Assembly (NCBI GenBank): GCA_963703225.1
Contig: OY969801.1
Span: forward strand, 2,912,001-2,976,000
Direction of reading: 5' to 3'
DNA from: Candidatus Eiseniibacteriota bacterium
Lineage (GTDB): Bacteria; Eisenbacteria; RBG-16-71-46; SZUA-252
DNA: 64,000 nucleotides
The notes under the pieces were generated by a model. It did no database searches. It was given only the letters and a program-made list of their open reading frames with translations, and had not been told where the DNA came from. This document shows positions 1 to 18,694 of this stretch, piece after piece. Each line of letters starts with the position of its first letter. The stretch's first letter is position 1. A program made the translations under genes and the position numbers.

Positions 1-470
1 CCCTTGATGACGCGGCTCGGATACGCGCTCGCGCCAATCGAGCCGGGCTGCTTGTGCGTGGTGCACCCGTGGGTCTCGCGCCCCGCCTTGAAGTGATGGC
101 GGCGCACGACGCCCGCGAACCCACGCCCCTTCGATGTGCCCACCACGTCGACCTTCCCGCCCACCTCGAAGAGGGAGACGGTCAGCTCCTGGCCCACCTG
201 GTACGGGGCCGGATCCTCGACGCGGATCTCGCGGAGCATCCGCACGCCCGTCGCGTTGTGCTTCTTCAAGTGTCCCTGGAGCGGCTTCCCGATCAGCGTT
301 TCGCGGCGCTTGCCAAAGCCGATCTGGAGCGCGGCGTAACCGTCCCGCTCCGCCGTCTTCACCTGCACGACCGGACAGGGTCCCGCCGCCAGCACGGTGA
401 CCGGAATGACGCGCCCGCTCTCGTCGTAGAGCTGGGTCATTCCCACTTTTTTTGCGAGCAAGGCGATCAT
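1..470 (-). CDS. rplC: 50S ribosomal protein L3 (5' part; runs off window edge)
   Basis: Manual translation from ATG at 470: MIALLAKKVGMTQLYDESGRVIPVTVLAAGPCPVVQVKTAERDGYAALQIGF; follows rpsJ as in the S10 operon. Not in the ORF track. Confidence 0.96.
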   Translation of the reverse strand, partial: MIALLAKKVGMTQLYDESGRVIPVTVLAAGPCPVVQVKTAERDGYAALQIGFGKRRETLIGKPLQGHLKKHNATGVRMLREIRVEDPAPYQVGQELTVSLFEVGGKVDVVGTSKGRGFAGVVRRHHFKAGRETHGCTTHKQPGSIGASAYPSRVIK

Positions 471-483
471 GATCGTTTCCCGG

Positions 484-803
484 TTAGAGCTTGATCTCGA
501 TGTCGACGCCCGCGGGCAGATCGAGCTTCATCAGCGCGTCGATCGTCTGCGGTGTCGACTTGACGATGTCGATGAGACGCTTGTGCACCCGGACCTCGAA
601 CTGCTCCCGGGACTTCTTGTCCACGTGCGGCGAGCGGAGCACGGTGTAGACGGACCGCTGCGTGGGAAGCGGAATGGGGCCCGCCGTCCGCGCGCCGGTT
701 CTCTTGGCCGTGCGGACGATCTCGCCCGCCGACTGGTCGAGGACCGCGTGGTCGTACGACCGAAGGCGGATGCGGATTCGCTGTCCCGGAGCGGTACCAG
801 CCA

Positions 804-804
<1 letters not shown>
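484..804 (-). CDS. rpsJ: 30S ribosomal protein S10
   Basis: [12 protein letters not shown]...GPIPLPT...[17 protein letters not shown] at 804 overlaps the tuf stop (TGATG). Confidence 0.98.
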
Positions 805-2000
<1,196 letters not shown>

Positions 2001-2048
2001 CCCTCGTTCCCCTCCGTCCGCTCCGGCCCAATGCCGGAGCGCGCGGGT

Positions 2049-4130
2049 TCAGACTCCCTTTACCTTCGCGATGATCGTTTCCGCCATCGCCGTTGGCATC
2101 TCTTCGTACCGCGAGAACTGCATCGAATAGACCGCCCGCCCCTGTGTGATCGAGCGGAGCCGGGTCGAATAGCCGAACATTTCCGAAAGCGGGACCGACG
2201 CGGCGACCACGCGCGCGTCCGACCGCTGGAACATCCCGCCGATCCTTCCGCGGCGGGAGCTCAAATCGCCGATGACGTCGCCCATGTACTCCTCGGGCAC
2301 GACCACTTCGACGTCCATGATCGGCTCCAACAGCTTGGGCGTCGCCCTGGCGGCGGCTTCCTTGAACGCCATGGAGCCCGCGATCTTGAACGCCATCTCC
2401 GACGAGTCGACCTCGTGGAACTGGCCGTCGAGCAACGAGACCTTGACGTCCACCACCGGGTAACCCGCCATGATGCCGTTTTCCATCGCTTCGATGATCC
2501 CCTTCTCCACCGAGGGGATGTACTCCTTGGGGATCGCGCCGCCACGGATCTCGTTCTCCCAGACAAAACCGCCACCAGGCGGCATCGGCTCGAGCGAAAT
2601 CGTGACGTCCGCGAACTGGCCGCGGCCGCCCGTCTGGCGCGCGAAGCGGGTGCGCTGCTCGATCTTCTTGCTGATCGTCTCCTTGTAGGCCACCTGGGGC
2701 TTGCCGATGTTGGCCGACACGGAAAACTCGCGAACCATCCGGTCGACGAGAATTTCGAGGTGCAGCTCGCCCATCCCGGAGATCAGCGTCTGTCCCGAGT
2801 CCTCGTCCGTCTTGACCCGGAACGTGGGATCCTCGTCCTGGAGCTTGTTGAGCGCGTTCCCCATCTTCTCTTCGTCTGCCCGGGTCTTCGGCTCGATGGC
2901 GACCTGGATCACCGGCTCGGGGAAGTGCATCGCCTCGAGGACGATCGGGTGATCCTTGGCGCAGAGGGTGTCGCCGGTGTGGACGTTCTTCAGCCCCACC
3001 GCCGCGGCGATCTCGCCGCAGAAGACTTCCTCGCGCTCCTCGCGCTTGTTCGCGTGCATCTCGACGACCCGGCCCAGGCGCTCGCCCTTCTCCTTGTTCG
3101 CGTTGTAAATGTGCTGCCCGGGCTGAATCTTCCCGGAGTAGACGCGGAAGAAAGTGAGCTTCCCGACGTACGGGTCGGTCATGATCTTGAACGCGAGCGC
3201 GGCGAACGGCTCGTCATCCGATGCCTTTCGCTCCTCGGGCTCCATCGTGTCCGGGTTCATCCCCTTGACCGGCGGCATGTCCGCGGGAGCGGGGAGGTAG
3301 GCCACGACCGCATCGAGCAGCTTTTGGATTCCCTTGTTCTTGAATGCCGTGCCGCCCAGAACCGGGACGATCTTCCCCGCCAGCGTGCCCTTGCGAATCG
3401 CGCGGCGGATCATCTCACTGCTCGGATTCTTGCCTTCGAGGTAGACATGGAGCAGCTCGTCGTCGTGCTCCGCGACCGCCTCGAGCATGTGGTGCCGTTG
3501 CTCGGCGGCCGCCGCGGCCAAATCCCGAGGGATATCGCCCTCGACGTACGTGGCGCCCAAGTCGTCGCTTTCGTACGTGATCGTCTTCATTTCGATCAAG
3601 TCCACCATCCCTGTGTAGACGTCGCCGAGGTGGGTCGGCATCTGGAGCGGCACCGCGATCGCACCCAGGCGCGTCTTCATCATGCCCACGACGAAATTGA
3701 AATCCGCGCCGACGCGATCCAGTTTGTTGACGAACGCGATTCGCGGAACGCTGTACTTGTCGGCCTGCCGCCAGACCGTCTCGGACTGCGGCTCCACGCC
3801 GCCCACGCCGCAGAACACGGCGACGGCGCCGTCGAGCACGCGCAACGAACGTTCCACCTCGACCGTGAAGTCGACGTGGCCGGGCGTATCGATGATGTTG
3901 ACCTGATGATCTTTCCAGAAGCAGGTGGTGGCGGCCGAGGTGATGGTGATCCCCCGCTCCCGCTCCTGCTCCATCCAGTCCATGGTGGCAGCGCCGTCAT
4001 GGACCTCCCCCATCCGATGCACCTTCCCCGTGTAATAGAGGATGCGCTCCGTCAGGGTCGTCTTGCCGGCATCGATGTGGGCCATGATGCCAATGTTGCG
4101 CATATGAGAAAGATCAAACTGCCTCGGCAC
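2049..4130 (-). CDS. fusA: Elongation factor G
   Basis: [35 protein letters not shown]; 693 aa. Confidence 0.99.
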   Translation of the reverse strand: MPRQFDLSHMRNIGIMAHIDAGKTTLTERILYYTGKVHRMGEVHDGAATMDWMEQERERGITITSAATTCFWKDHQVNIIDTPGHVDFTVEVERSLRVLDGAVAVFCGVGGVEPQSETVWRQADKYSVPRIAFVNKLDRVGADFNFVVGMMKTRLGAIAVPLQMPTHLGDVYTGMVDLIEMKTITYESDDLGATYVEGDIPRDLAAAAAEQRHHMLEAVAEHDDELLHVYLEGKNPSSEMIRRAIRKGTLAGKIVPVLGGTAFKNKGIQKLLDAVVAYLPAPADMPPVKGMNPDTMEPEERKASDDEPFAALAFKIMTDPYVGKLTFFRVYSGKIQPGQHIYNANKEKGERLGRVVEMHANKREEREEVFCGEIAAAVGLKNVHTGDTLCAKDHPIVLEAMHFPEPVIQVAIEPKTRADEEKMGNALNKLQDEDPTFRVKTDEDSGQTLISGMGELHLEILVDRMVREFSVSANIGKPQVAYKETISKKIEQRTRFARQTGGRGQFADVTISLEPMPPGGGFVWENEIRGGAIPKEYIPSVEKGIIEAMENGIMAGYPVVDVKVSLLDGQFHEVDSSEMAFKIAGSMAFKEAAARATPKLLEPIMDVEVVVPEEYMGDVIGDLSSRRGRIGGMFQRSDARVVAASVPLSEMFGYSTRLRSITQGRAVYSMQFSRYEEMPTAMAETIIAKVKGV

Positions 4131-4152
4131 TTCGAAACCTTCCTTGACCGCC

Positions 4153-4623
4153 TTACCAGCGATAGTGGGCGAACGCCTTGTTAGCCTCCGCCATCTTGTG
4201 GGTGTCTTCCCGCTTCTTTACCGCTCCGCCTTCGTTCTTGGAGGCCGCGATGACCTCGGCTGCGAGCCGTTCGGCCATCGTGTGATCGGGCCGGCTGCGG
4301 GAGTACTGAATGAGCCACCGCAGCGCGAGCGCCGTCCGGCGGTCCTGACGAACTTCGACGGGAACCTGATACGTGGCGCCGCCGACGCGGCGGGACTTCA
4401 CCTCGAGGACCGGCTTCACGTTGGTCATGGCCGCCTTCAGCGTCGTCAGGCCGTCCTGGCCGATCTTCTTCTCGATGATGTCCATCGCGCCGTAGAAGAT
4501 GCGCTCCGCCGTGCTCTTCTTGCCCTGGATCATCAGACAGTTGACGAAACGGGTGACGAGCACGTTGTTGTACCGCGCATCCGGCTGGAGCTCGACTCGA
4601 TGAATTTTCGCGGCGCGACGCAT
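4153..4623 (-). CDS. rpsG: 30S ribosomal protein S7
   Basis: [37 protein letters not shown]. Confidence 0.99.
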   Translation of the reverse strand: MRRAAKIHRVELQPDARYNNVLVTRFVNCLMIQGKKSTAERIFYGAMDIIEKKIGQDGLTTLKAAMTNVKPVLEVKSRRVGGATYQVPVEVRQDRRTALALRWLIQYSRSRPDHTMAERLAAEVIAASKNEGGAVKKREDTHKMAEANKAFAHYRW

Positions 4624-4626
4624 TGG

Positions 4627-5004
4627 TTACTGGGCCTTCTTCCTCTTGGTTCCGTACTTGGAGCGGCTCTGCTGGCGACCGTCGACACCGGAAGCGTCCA
4701 GCGTTCCGCGGATCACGTGATAACGCACGCCGGGGAGATCCTTTACGCGGCCTCCTCGGATCAAGACGATCGAGTGCTCTTGGAGGTTGTGCCCCTCCCC
4801 CGGGATGTAGCAGGTGACCTCCATCCCGTTCGTGAGGCGGACGCGGGCAACCTTGCGGAGCGCCGAGTTCGGCTTCTTCGGCGTAGATGTATAGACGCGC
4901 GTACAGACGCCGCGTTTCTGCGGCGCCGACTTCAAGGCCGGCGAGGCTGTCTTCGAAAGCTGCCTCCTGCGGCCCTGCCGCACGAGTTGGTTCAGCGTCG
5001 GCAC
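4627..5004 (-). CDS. rpsL: 30S ribosomal protein S12
   Basis: [36 protein letters not shown]. Confidence 0.99.
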   Translation of the reverse strand: MPTLNQLVRQGRRRQLSKTASPALKSAPQKRGVCTRVYTSTPKKPNSALRKVARVRLTNGMEVTCYIPGEGHNLQEHSIVLIRGGRVKDLPGVRYHVIRGTLDASGVDGRQQSRSKYGTKRKKAQ

Positions 5005-5047
5005 CTAAGTTTCTCCATGATAAGCGGTTTCGGGCGCAAAGAATCGG

Positions 5048-5072
5048 ATCCTAGAGAGATTTGCCCCGTCGG

Positions 5073-5076
<4 letters not shown>
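5048..5076 (-). promoter_or_regulatory. Sigma70-type promoter of the str operon, overlapping the rpoC stop codon
   Basis: Minus strand TTGACC-17 bp-TAGGAT, about 45 nt upstream of rpsL. Confidence 0.65.
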
Positions 5077-9215
<4,139 letters not shown>

Positions 9216-9234
9216 CGTCGAATGCCTCCTCGGC

Positions 9235-13101
<3,867 letters not shown>

Positions 13102-13152
13102 GTCGTTCGCACCCTTTCGGTAGGGCCCAGTGCTCAGCCTGCCTGCCGCGGA

Positions 13153-13542
13153 CTAGCGGATCTCGACGGTGGCCCCGTTCTCTTCCAGCTTCTGCTTGAT
13201 GGTCTGGGACTCTTCCTTGGAGACCTTCTCCTTCACGGGCTTCGGCGCGCCGTCGACCAGATCCTTGGCCTCCTTCAAGCCGAGACCGGTGACCTCACGG
13301 ACCACCTTGATGACCTGGATCTTCTTCTCGCCCGCCGCCATGAGGACGACGTCGAACTCGGTCTTCTCCTCCACCGCCACCGCCGTGCTACCGCCGCCCA
13401 TGCCCGGCATGGCCGCCATCATCGGCATGGCCGCCGTGACCCCGAAGTGGTCCTCGAGTTTCTTCACGAGGCCCGAAACCTCGAGCATCGTCATGCCTTC
13501 GAGAATGCTGATGATCTGCTGGTCCTTGGTCGCTGCTTCCAC
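13153..13542 (-). CDS. rplL: 50S ribosomal protein L7/L12
   Basis: [34 protein letters not shown]. Confidence 0.98.
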   Translation of the reverse strand: MEAATKDQQIISILEGMTMLEVSGLVKKLEDHFGVTAAMPMMAAMPGMGGGSTAVAVEEKTEFDVVLMAAGEKKIQVIKVVREVTGLGLKEAKDLVDGAPKPVKEKVSKEESQTIKQKLEENGATVEIR

Positions 13543-13597
13543 GATTCAATCCTCCTCAGTTGCCCCGGGCGGCGCCGCGGGGGTTGTCCGCGGTGGC

Positions 13598-14113
13598 CTA
13601 CCCCTGTTTCCTTTTGCCTATGGCGTCGATCACTCCCACCATTTGCCGGAGCGAGCTCGAGAGCACGCCGACAACGCCCTGCATGGGGGAGCGTAGACCG
13701 CCGATGAACTGGCCCAGCAGCACCTCGCGGGGCGGGAGCTGCGCCAGCTTCTTGACTCCATCCGGCCCGTAGACGTGGCCGGCGACGTACGCCGCCTTGA
13801 TGGCCGGCTTCTCAAACTCCTTGGCGAACTCGGAGAGGATCTTGGCCGCGCTCACCTCATCGGCGCCGAACGCGATGCCGGTCGGCCCCTCCAGGTACGA
13901 ATCCAGCGAGGGGATCCCTTGCTCCTTGAACGCCAGCTTGGTGAGTGTGTTCTTGGCGACGCGGTACTCCACCTTCGCGGCGCGGAGCTTGCGGCGCATC
14001 TTGGACACCAGATCCACGCTCATGCCCTGAAAGTCGGTCAGGTAGATCGACTTGGAGCGGGCGATGGTTTCCGCCAATGAGCGGACGGTCTGTTCTTTCT
14101 CTGCGGTCGCCAT
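13598..14113 (-). CDS. rplJ: 50S ribosomal protein L10
   Basis: YRVAKNTL, LEGPTGIAF, LAQLPPREVL; lies between rplA and rplL. Confidence 0.96.
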   Translation of the reverse strand: MATAEKEQTVRSLAETIARSKSIYLTDFQGMSVDLVSKMRRKLRAAKVEYRVAKNTLTKLAFKEQGIPSLDSYLEGPTGIAFGADEVSAAKILSEFAKEFEKPAIKAAYVAGHVYGPDGVKKLAQLPPREVLLGQFIGGLRSPMQGVVGVLSSSLRQMVGVIDAIGKRKQG

Positions 14114-14157
14114 GGGAAGTCTCTTCTCCGTATCTCCGTTCGCTTGGGAGTCTGGCG

Positions 14158-14862
14158 CTACGACTTAAGACCCACCTGCACCGCCGCCGGATCCAGCCGC
14201 ACCGGCGGACCCATCGTCGAGCTCAGGGTCATGCTCCGCACGTACTGCCCCTTGGACGCCGAGGGCTTCTGCCGCATCACTTCGCGGAGGAAGGTCTCGA
14301 CGTTCGCCACGAGCTGATCCTTGCCGAACGACGCCTTGCCGACCGGCGCGTGGAGGTTCCCGGCCTTGTCGACCCGGTATTCGATCTTCCCGGACTTGAC
14401 CTCGCGGACGGCCTTGGCGACGTCCATCGTCACCGTGCCGCTTCGCGGATTCGGCATCAGCCCGCGGGGGCCGAGCAGGCGGCCCAGCTTGCCCACCTCG
14501 CCCATCATGTCGGGGGTGGCGATGATGCTGTCCACGTCCAGCCAGCCCTCGTTGAGCTTCTTGATGAACTCGTCCGATCCGGCGTAGTCAGCGCCCGCCT
14601 CGCGCGCCTCGCGTTCCTTCTCTCCCTTGGTCAGCACCAGCACGCGAATCTTCTTGCCGGTGCCGTGGGGGAGCACGACGGTGCCGCGAACCTGCTGCTC
14701 GGCGTGCCGCGGATCGACGCCGAGCCGCATGGCAACCTCGATCGTCTCGTCAAACTTGGCGGTCGCGGACTGCTTCAGGCGGTCGACCGCGTCGGCCAAG
14801 TCGGTCAGTTTTTCCATGCCGGTGACCCCAGCTCCCTTGCGATATCGCTTTCCGGTCTTCAT
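14158..14862 (-). CDS. rplA: 50S ribosomal protein L1
   Basis: [35 protein letters not shown]. Confidence 0.98.
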   Translation of the reverse strand: MKTGKRYRKGAGVTGMEKLTDLADAVDRLKQSATAKFDETIEVAMRLGVDPRHAEQQVRGTVVLPHGTGKKIRVLVLTKGEKEREAREAGADYAGSDEFIKKLNEGWLDVDSIIATPDMMGEVGKLGRLLGPRGLMPNPRSGTVTMDVAKAVREVKSGKIEYRVDKAGNLHAPVGKASFGKDQLVANVETFLREVMRQKPSASKGQYVRSMTLSSTMGPPVRLDPAAVQVGLKS

Positions 14863-14873
14863 CGGGGGCCCCC

Positions 14874-15305
14874 CTACCCGACCACGTCGATTCCCATGCT
14901 CCTCGCGGTGCCCGCCACCATGCGGATGGCGGCCTCGAGGTCATGAGAATTGAGGTCCGGCTTCTTGAGCTCGGCGATCTCGCGAACCTGGGCGGCGGTC
15001 ACTTGTGCCACCTTGGTCCGGTTCGGCTCGCCCGATCCCTTGGCGATCCCCGCGGCGCGCTTCAAGAGCACCGCGGCGGGCGGGGTCTTGGTGATGAAGG
15101 TGAACGAGCGGTCGTTGAAAACCGTGATCACCACCGGAATGATCAGGCCCGGCTGTCCCTGCGTCCTGGCGTTGAACGCCTTGCAGAACTCCATGATGTT
15201 GACGCCGTGCTGTCCCAACGCCGGCCCGATCGGGGGCGCGGGGGTCGCGTTGCCGGCGGGCACTTGGAGCTTGACGATCGCCTGTACCGGTTTCGACTTC
15301 GCCAT
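14874..15305 (-). CDS. rplK: 50S ribosomal protein L11
   Basis: [34 protein letters not shown]; start at ATG 15305 (MAKSK) after AAGGAGAGG. Confidence 0.98.
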   Translation of the reverse strand: MAKSKPVQAIVKLQVPAGNATPAPPIGPALGQHGVNIMEFCKAFNARTQGQPGLIIPVVITVFNDRSFTFITKTPPAAVLLKRAAGIAKGSGEPNRTKVAQVTAAQVREIAELKKPDLNSHDLEAAIRMVAGTARSMGIDVVG

Positions 15306-15325
15306 TCGGACTTCCTCTCCTTCTC

Positions 15326-15379
15326 GCGGGGTCTCCCCCGCTCCCACGACGCGTGGTGGCGCGCGGCGGTTCCCGCCGC
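15326..15379 (-). promoter_or_regulatory. Structured rplK leader, candidate L1-binding autoregulatory element
   Basis: Three hairpins between nusG and rplK: GCGGCGG-gaa-CCGCCGC, ACCAC-gcgtc-GTGGGAG and GCGGGG-gaga-CCCCGC. The ACCAC/GTGGGAG pair mimics the 23S rRNA L1 site. Confidence 0.4.
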
Positions 15380-15389
15380 TTCCGATCCG

Positions 15390-15947
15390 CTAGACCGGCT
15401 GTACTTGCAAAAAATCGAGCTCGACGGGCGTCGCGCGCCCGAAAATCGACACCATGACCTTCACCTTCTGCCGCTCCGGGTTCACCTCGTCGACGACGCC
15501 GGTGAAATCGGTGAACGGTCCGTCGACCACCTTGACGTGCTCGCCGGACTTGAAGGGGACCTCGGCCGAACCCCGCAAACGGCCGCCGGTTTCCATGTGG
15601 CCCAGGATCCGCTTCACCTCCGCCTCACGGAGGGGAATCGGGTCCTGGCCCGAGCCGACGAACCGGGTCACGCCGGGCACGTTCTGCACCACGAGCCTCG
15701 TGTCCTGATTCAGGTCCATCTCGACCAGCACGTAGGAGGGGAACGTCTTCCGCTTCGACGTGATGCGCTTGCCGTCCTTCATCTCGGCGAATTCCTCGGT
15801 TGCGACGAGGATTTGGCCGAACTGAGGCTCCAAGCCGGCGGCGTGGATGGCGCGCTCCAGATTCGTCTTCACCTTGTTCTCGTGACCCGAATAGGTGTGG
15901 ATCACGTACCACTGCATGGACCGCCCTTCCGCCATCGCTTCCCCCAT
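15390..15947 (-). CDS. nusG: Transcription termination/antitermination factor NusG
   Basis: WYVIHTYSGHENKV, FPSYVLVEM, KOW motif VDGPFTDFTG, IFGRATPVELDF. Confidence 0.98.
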   Translation of the reverse strand: MGEAMAEGRSMQWYVIHTYSGHENKVKTNLERAIHAAGLEPQFGQILVATEEFAEMKDGKRITSKRKTFPSYVLVEMDLNQDTRLVVQNVPGVTRFVGSGQDPIPLREAEVKRILGHMETGGRLRGSAEVPFKSGEHVKVVDGPFTDFTGVVDEVNPERQKVKVMVSIFGRATPVELDFLQVQPV

Positions 15948-16192
15948 TAGCCCACCAGGCGCACCAGCGCCTCGAATGCGTACGACAGCAAGCGGTCCAC
16001 GGCGCCGATGAACACCGCCATCAGAAAGACCATGACGATGACGACGAGGGTGGACTCGCGCAGCTCCGCGCGGGTCGGCCAGCTCACCTTCGTCATCTCC
16101 ACCCGTACGTCCCTGATGTAGCCGGTGACGCTCTGCATGAGGCCCGGTTTCGGCTCGGGCTTTTCGTTCGTCGTCTCGGTTTCTGCGCGCAC
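15947..16192 (-). CDS. secE: Preprotein translocase subunit SecE
   Basis: EMTKVSWPTRAEL followed by one TM helix; GTG start at 16192 (alternative ATG at 16219); lies between tRNA-Trp and nusG. Confidence 0.93.
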   Translation of the reverse strand: MRAETETTNEKPEPKPGLMQSVTGYIRDVRVEMTKVSWPTRAELRESTLVVIVMVFLMAVFIGAVDRLLSYAFEALVRLVG

Positions 16193-16222
16193 GGTTCCGC
16201 CTTTTCCGGTACTTGCCATTCG

Positions 16223-16300
16223 TGGCAGGCCAGGAGGGATTCGAACCCCCGACACCCGGTTTTGGAGACCGGTGCTCTAACCGGACTGAGCTACTGGCCT
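16223..16300 (-). tRNA. tRNA-Trp (CCA)
   Basis: AGGCCAGTAGCTCAG...CCGGT-CTCCAAA-ACCGG...GGTTCGAATCC...TGGCCTGCCA; CCA end encoded. Confidence 0.97.
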
Positions 16301-16322
16301 ACCCGGTCCCGGCCCGGCGTTG

Positions 16323-16472
16323 TTACCGGGTTTCTTTGTGCAGCGTGTGCTTCCGGCAGCGCGGGCAGAACTTCTTCCACTCCACGCGGTCCGGGTGCTT
16401 CCGCTTGTTCTTGGTGTTGGTGTAGTTCCGCTCTTTGCAGTCGTTGCAGGCGAGCGTGATGAGGTCGCGCAT
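16323..16472 (-). CDS. rpmG: 50S ribosomal protein L33 (Zn-ribbon, C+ type)
   Basis: Manual translation: [49 protein letters not shown] (49 aa, below the ORF-track cutoff). Confidence 0.97.
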   Translation of the reverse strand: MRDLITLACNDCKERNYTNTKNKRKHPDRVEWKKFCPRCRKHTLHKETR

Positions 16473-16490
16473 GCTGGTTCGCCCGTTCCC

Positions 16491-17687
<1,197 letters not shown>

Positions 17688-17794
17688 GAGACCGGTTCCT
17701 CCCTGTACAAAATCTTCTATGGGTCACAGGACCACGAGGGGCGAGATCACGACTTCGGTGACGACTCGAACTCGACCTTTCGCGTTGCGGACAA

Positions 17795-17870
17795 TGGAGC
17801 CCACGAGCGGAATCGAACCGCTGACCTTTTGCTTACCATGCAAATGCTCTACCGACTGAGCTACGTGGGC
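17795..17870 (-). tRNA. tRNA-Thr (GGT)
   Basis: GCCCACGTAGCTCAGTCGGTAGAGCA-TTTGC-ATGGTAA-GCAAA...GGTTCGATTCC...GTGGGCTCCA. Confidence 0.96.
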
Positions 17871-18027
17871 GGTGATGCGGCGCGCGGAAATCCCGAAACG
17901 CGGTCGAGGGCCGACCCACTGCGCTCTCGAGCCGACCCCGCTCGGCGCCAACGTTTGCTGCAAGGCAAAATTCCCCGACCGGCCTTCCTCCTCCCTCGAA
18001 AAAGGCCGTCGGCAGTGCGAACGTGAA

Positions 18028-18056
18028 AAGGTACGACCGCGTGAAACCGTGGTCAA
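18028..18056 (-). promoter_or_regulatory. Internal sigma70-type promoter for tRNA-Thr(GGT)-tufB
   Basis: Minus strand TTGACC-17 bp-TACCTT. Confidence 0.6.
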
Positions 18057-18271
18057 TAGGAAATTTGCGCCGGAGGCCACTTGAGGGAATCCGGCCCCCG
18101 CTGGGGAGTCCCTGGGTGTTTAGACGCGGGGAGTCCTGCGCAGACTCTGCGGCGAGGGTCGCCGACCGTCATATTGGCGGCGACCCGCCTGTGGAAACTG
18201 GGGCAAGTCATTTAACTATTATTGATTACGGCTGTTGATCGATGTGGAAAAGTAGTCCGCCGAGAAGAAAC

Positions 18272-18347
18272 TGGAGCGGGAAACGGGATTCGAACCCGCG
18301 ACCCTCAGCTTGGAAGGCTGACGCTCTAGCCACTGAGCTATTCCCGC
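18272..18347 (-). tRNA. tRNA-Gly (TCC)
   Basis: GCGGGAATAGCTCAG...TCAGC-CTTCCAA-GCTGA...GGTTCGAATCC...TTCCCGCTCCA. Confidence 0.97.
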
Positions 18348-18421
18348 TCCCTGTCTGAACGATGATACCACGCCCGGATCGAGGCGCGCCGGCCGATCCA
18401 TCTGCTTGCGAATCTTAGATT

Positions 18422-18503
18422 TGGAGGGGGAAGGATTCGAACCTTCGAAGGCTAAGCCGGCAGATTTACAGTCTGCTCCCTTTGACCGCTCGGGAACCCC
18501 TCC
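18422..18503 (-). tRNA. tRNA-Tyr (GTA), long variable arm, CCA not encoded
   Basis: GGAGGGGTTCCCGAGCGGTCAAAGGGA-GCAGA-CTGTAAA-TCTGC...GGTTCGAATCC...CCCCTCC-A, followed by AATC. Confidence 0.96.
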
Positions 18504-18530
18504 GGCAATCGTCATCGGTCGATTTTGGCT

Positions 18531-18606
18531 TGGAGCTGGCGAAGGGACTCGAACCCCCAACCGCCTCATTACAAATGAGATGCTCTACCAATTGAGCTAC
18601 GCCAGC
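18531..18606 (-). tRNA. tRNA-Thr (TGT)
   Basis: GCTGGCGTAGCTCAATTGGTAGAGCA-TCTCA-TTTGTAA-TGAGG...GGTTCGAGTCC...CGCCAGCTCCA. Confidence 0.96.
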
Positions 18607-18662
18607 CGAGTCGAGATCAACATGCGAAGTTCCAGGGCCTCCCCAGCCATTCGCCGCGGCGC

Positions 18663-18692
18663 AGTGTACGTTCGCCGCGCGGCCCTAGTCAA
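18663..18692 (-). promoter_or_regulatory. Sigma70-type promoter of the tRNA cluster with a GC-rich discriminator
   Basis: TTGACT-18 bp-TACACT followed by GCGCCGCGG, as in stringently controlled stable-RNA promoters. Confidence 0.65.
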
Positions 18693-18694
18693 CG

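Noticed and set aside
16193..16255. secE N-terminal extension in the ORF track
   Set aside because: It overlaps tRNA-Trp.
18190..18251. Replication origin
   Set aside because: Only two DnaA-box-like sites, no dnaA/dnaN nearby, and gene orientation does not switch across the site.
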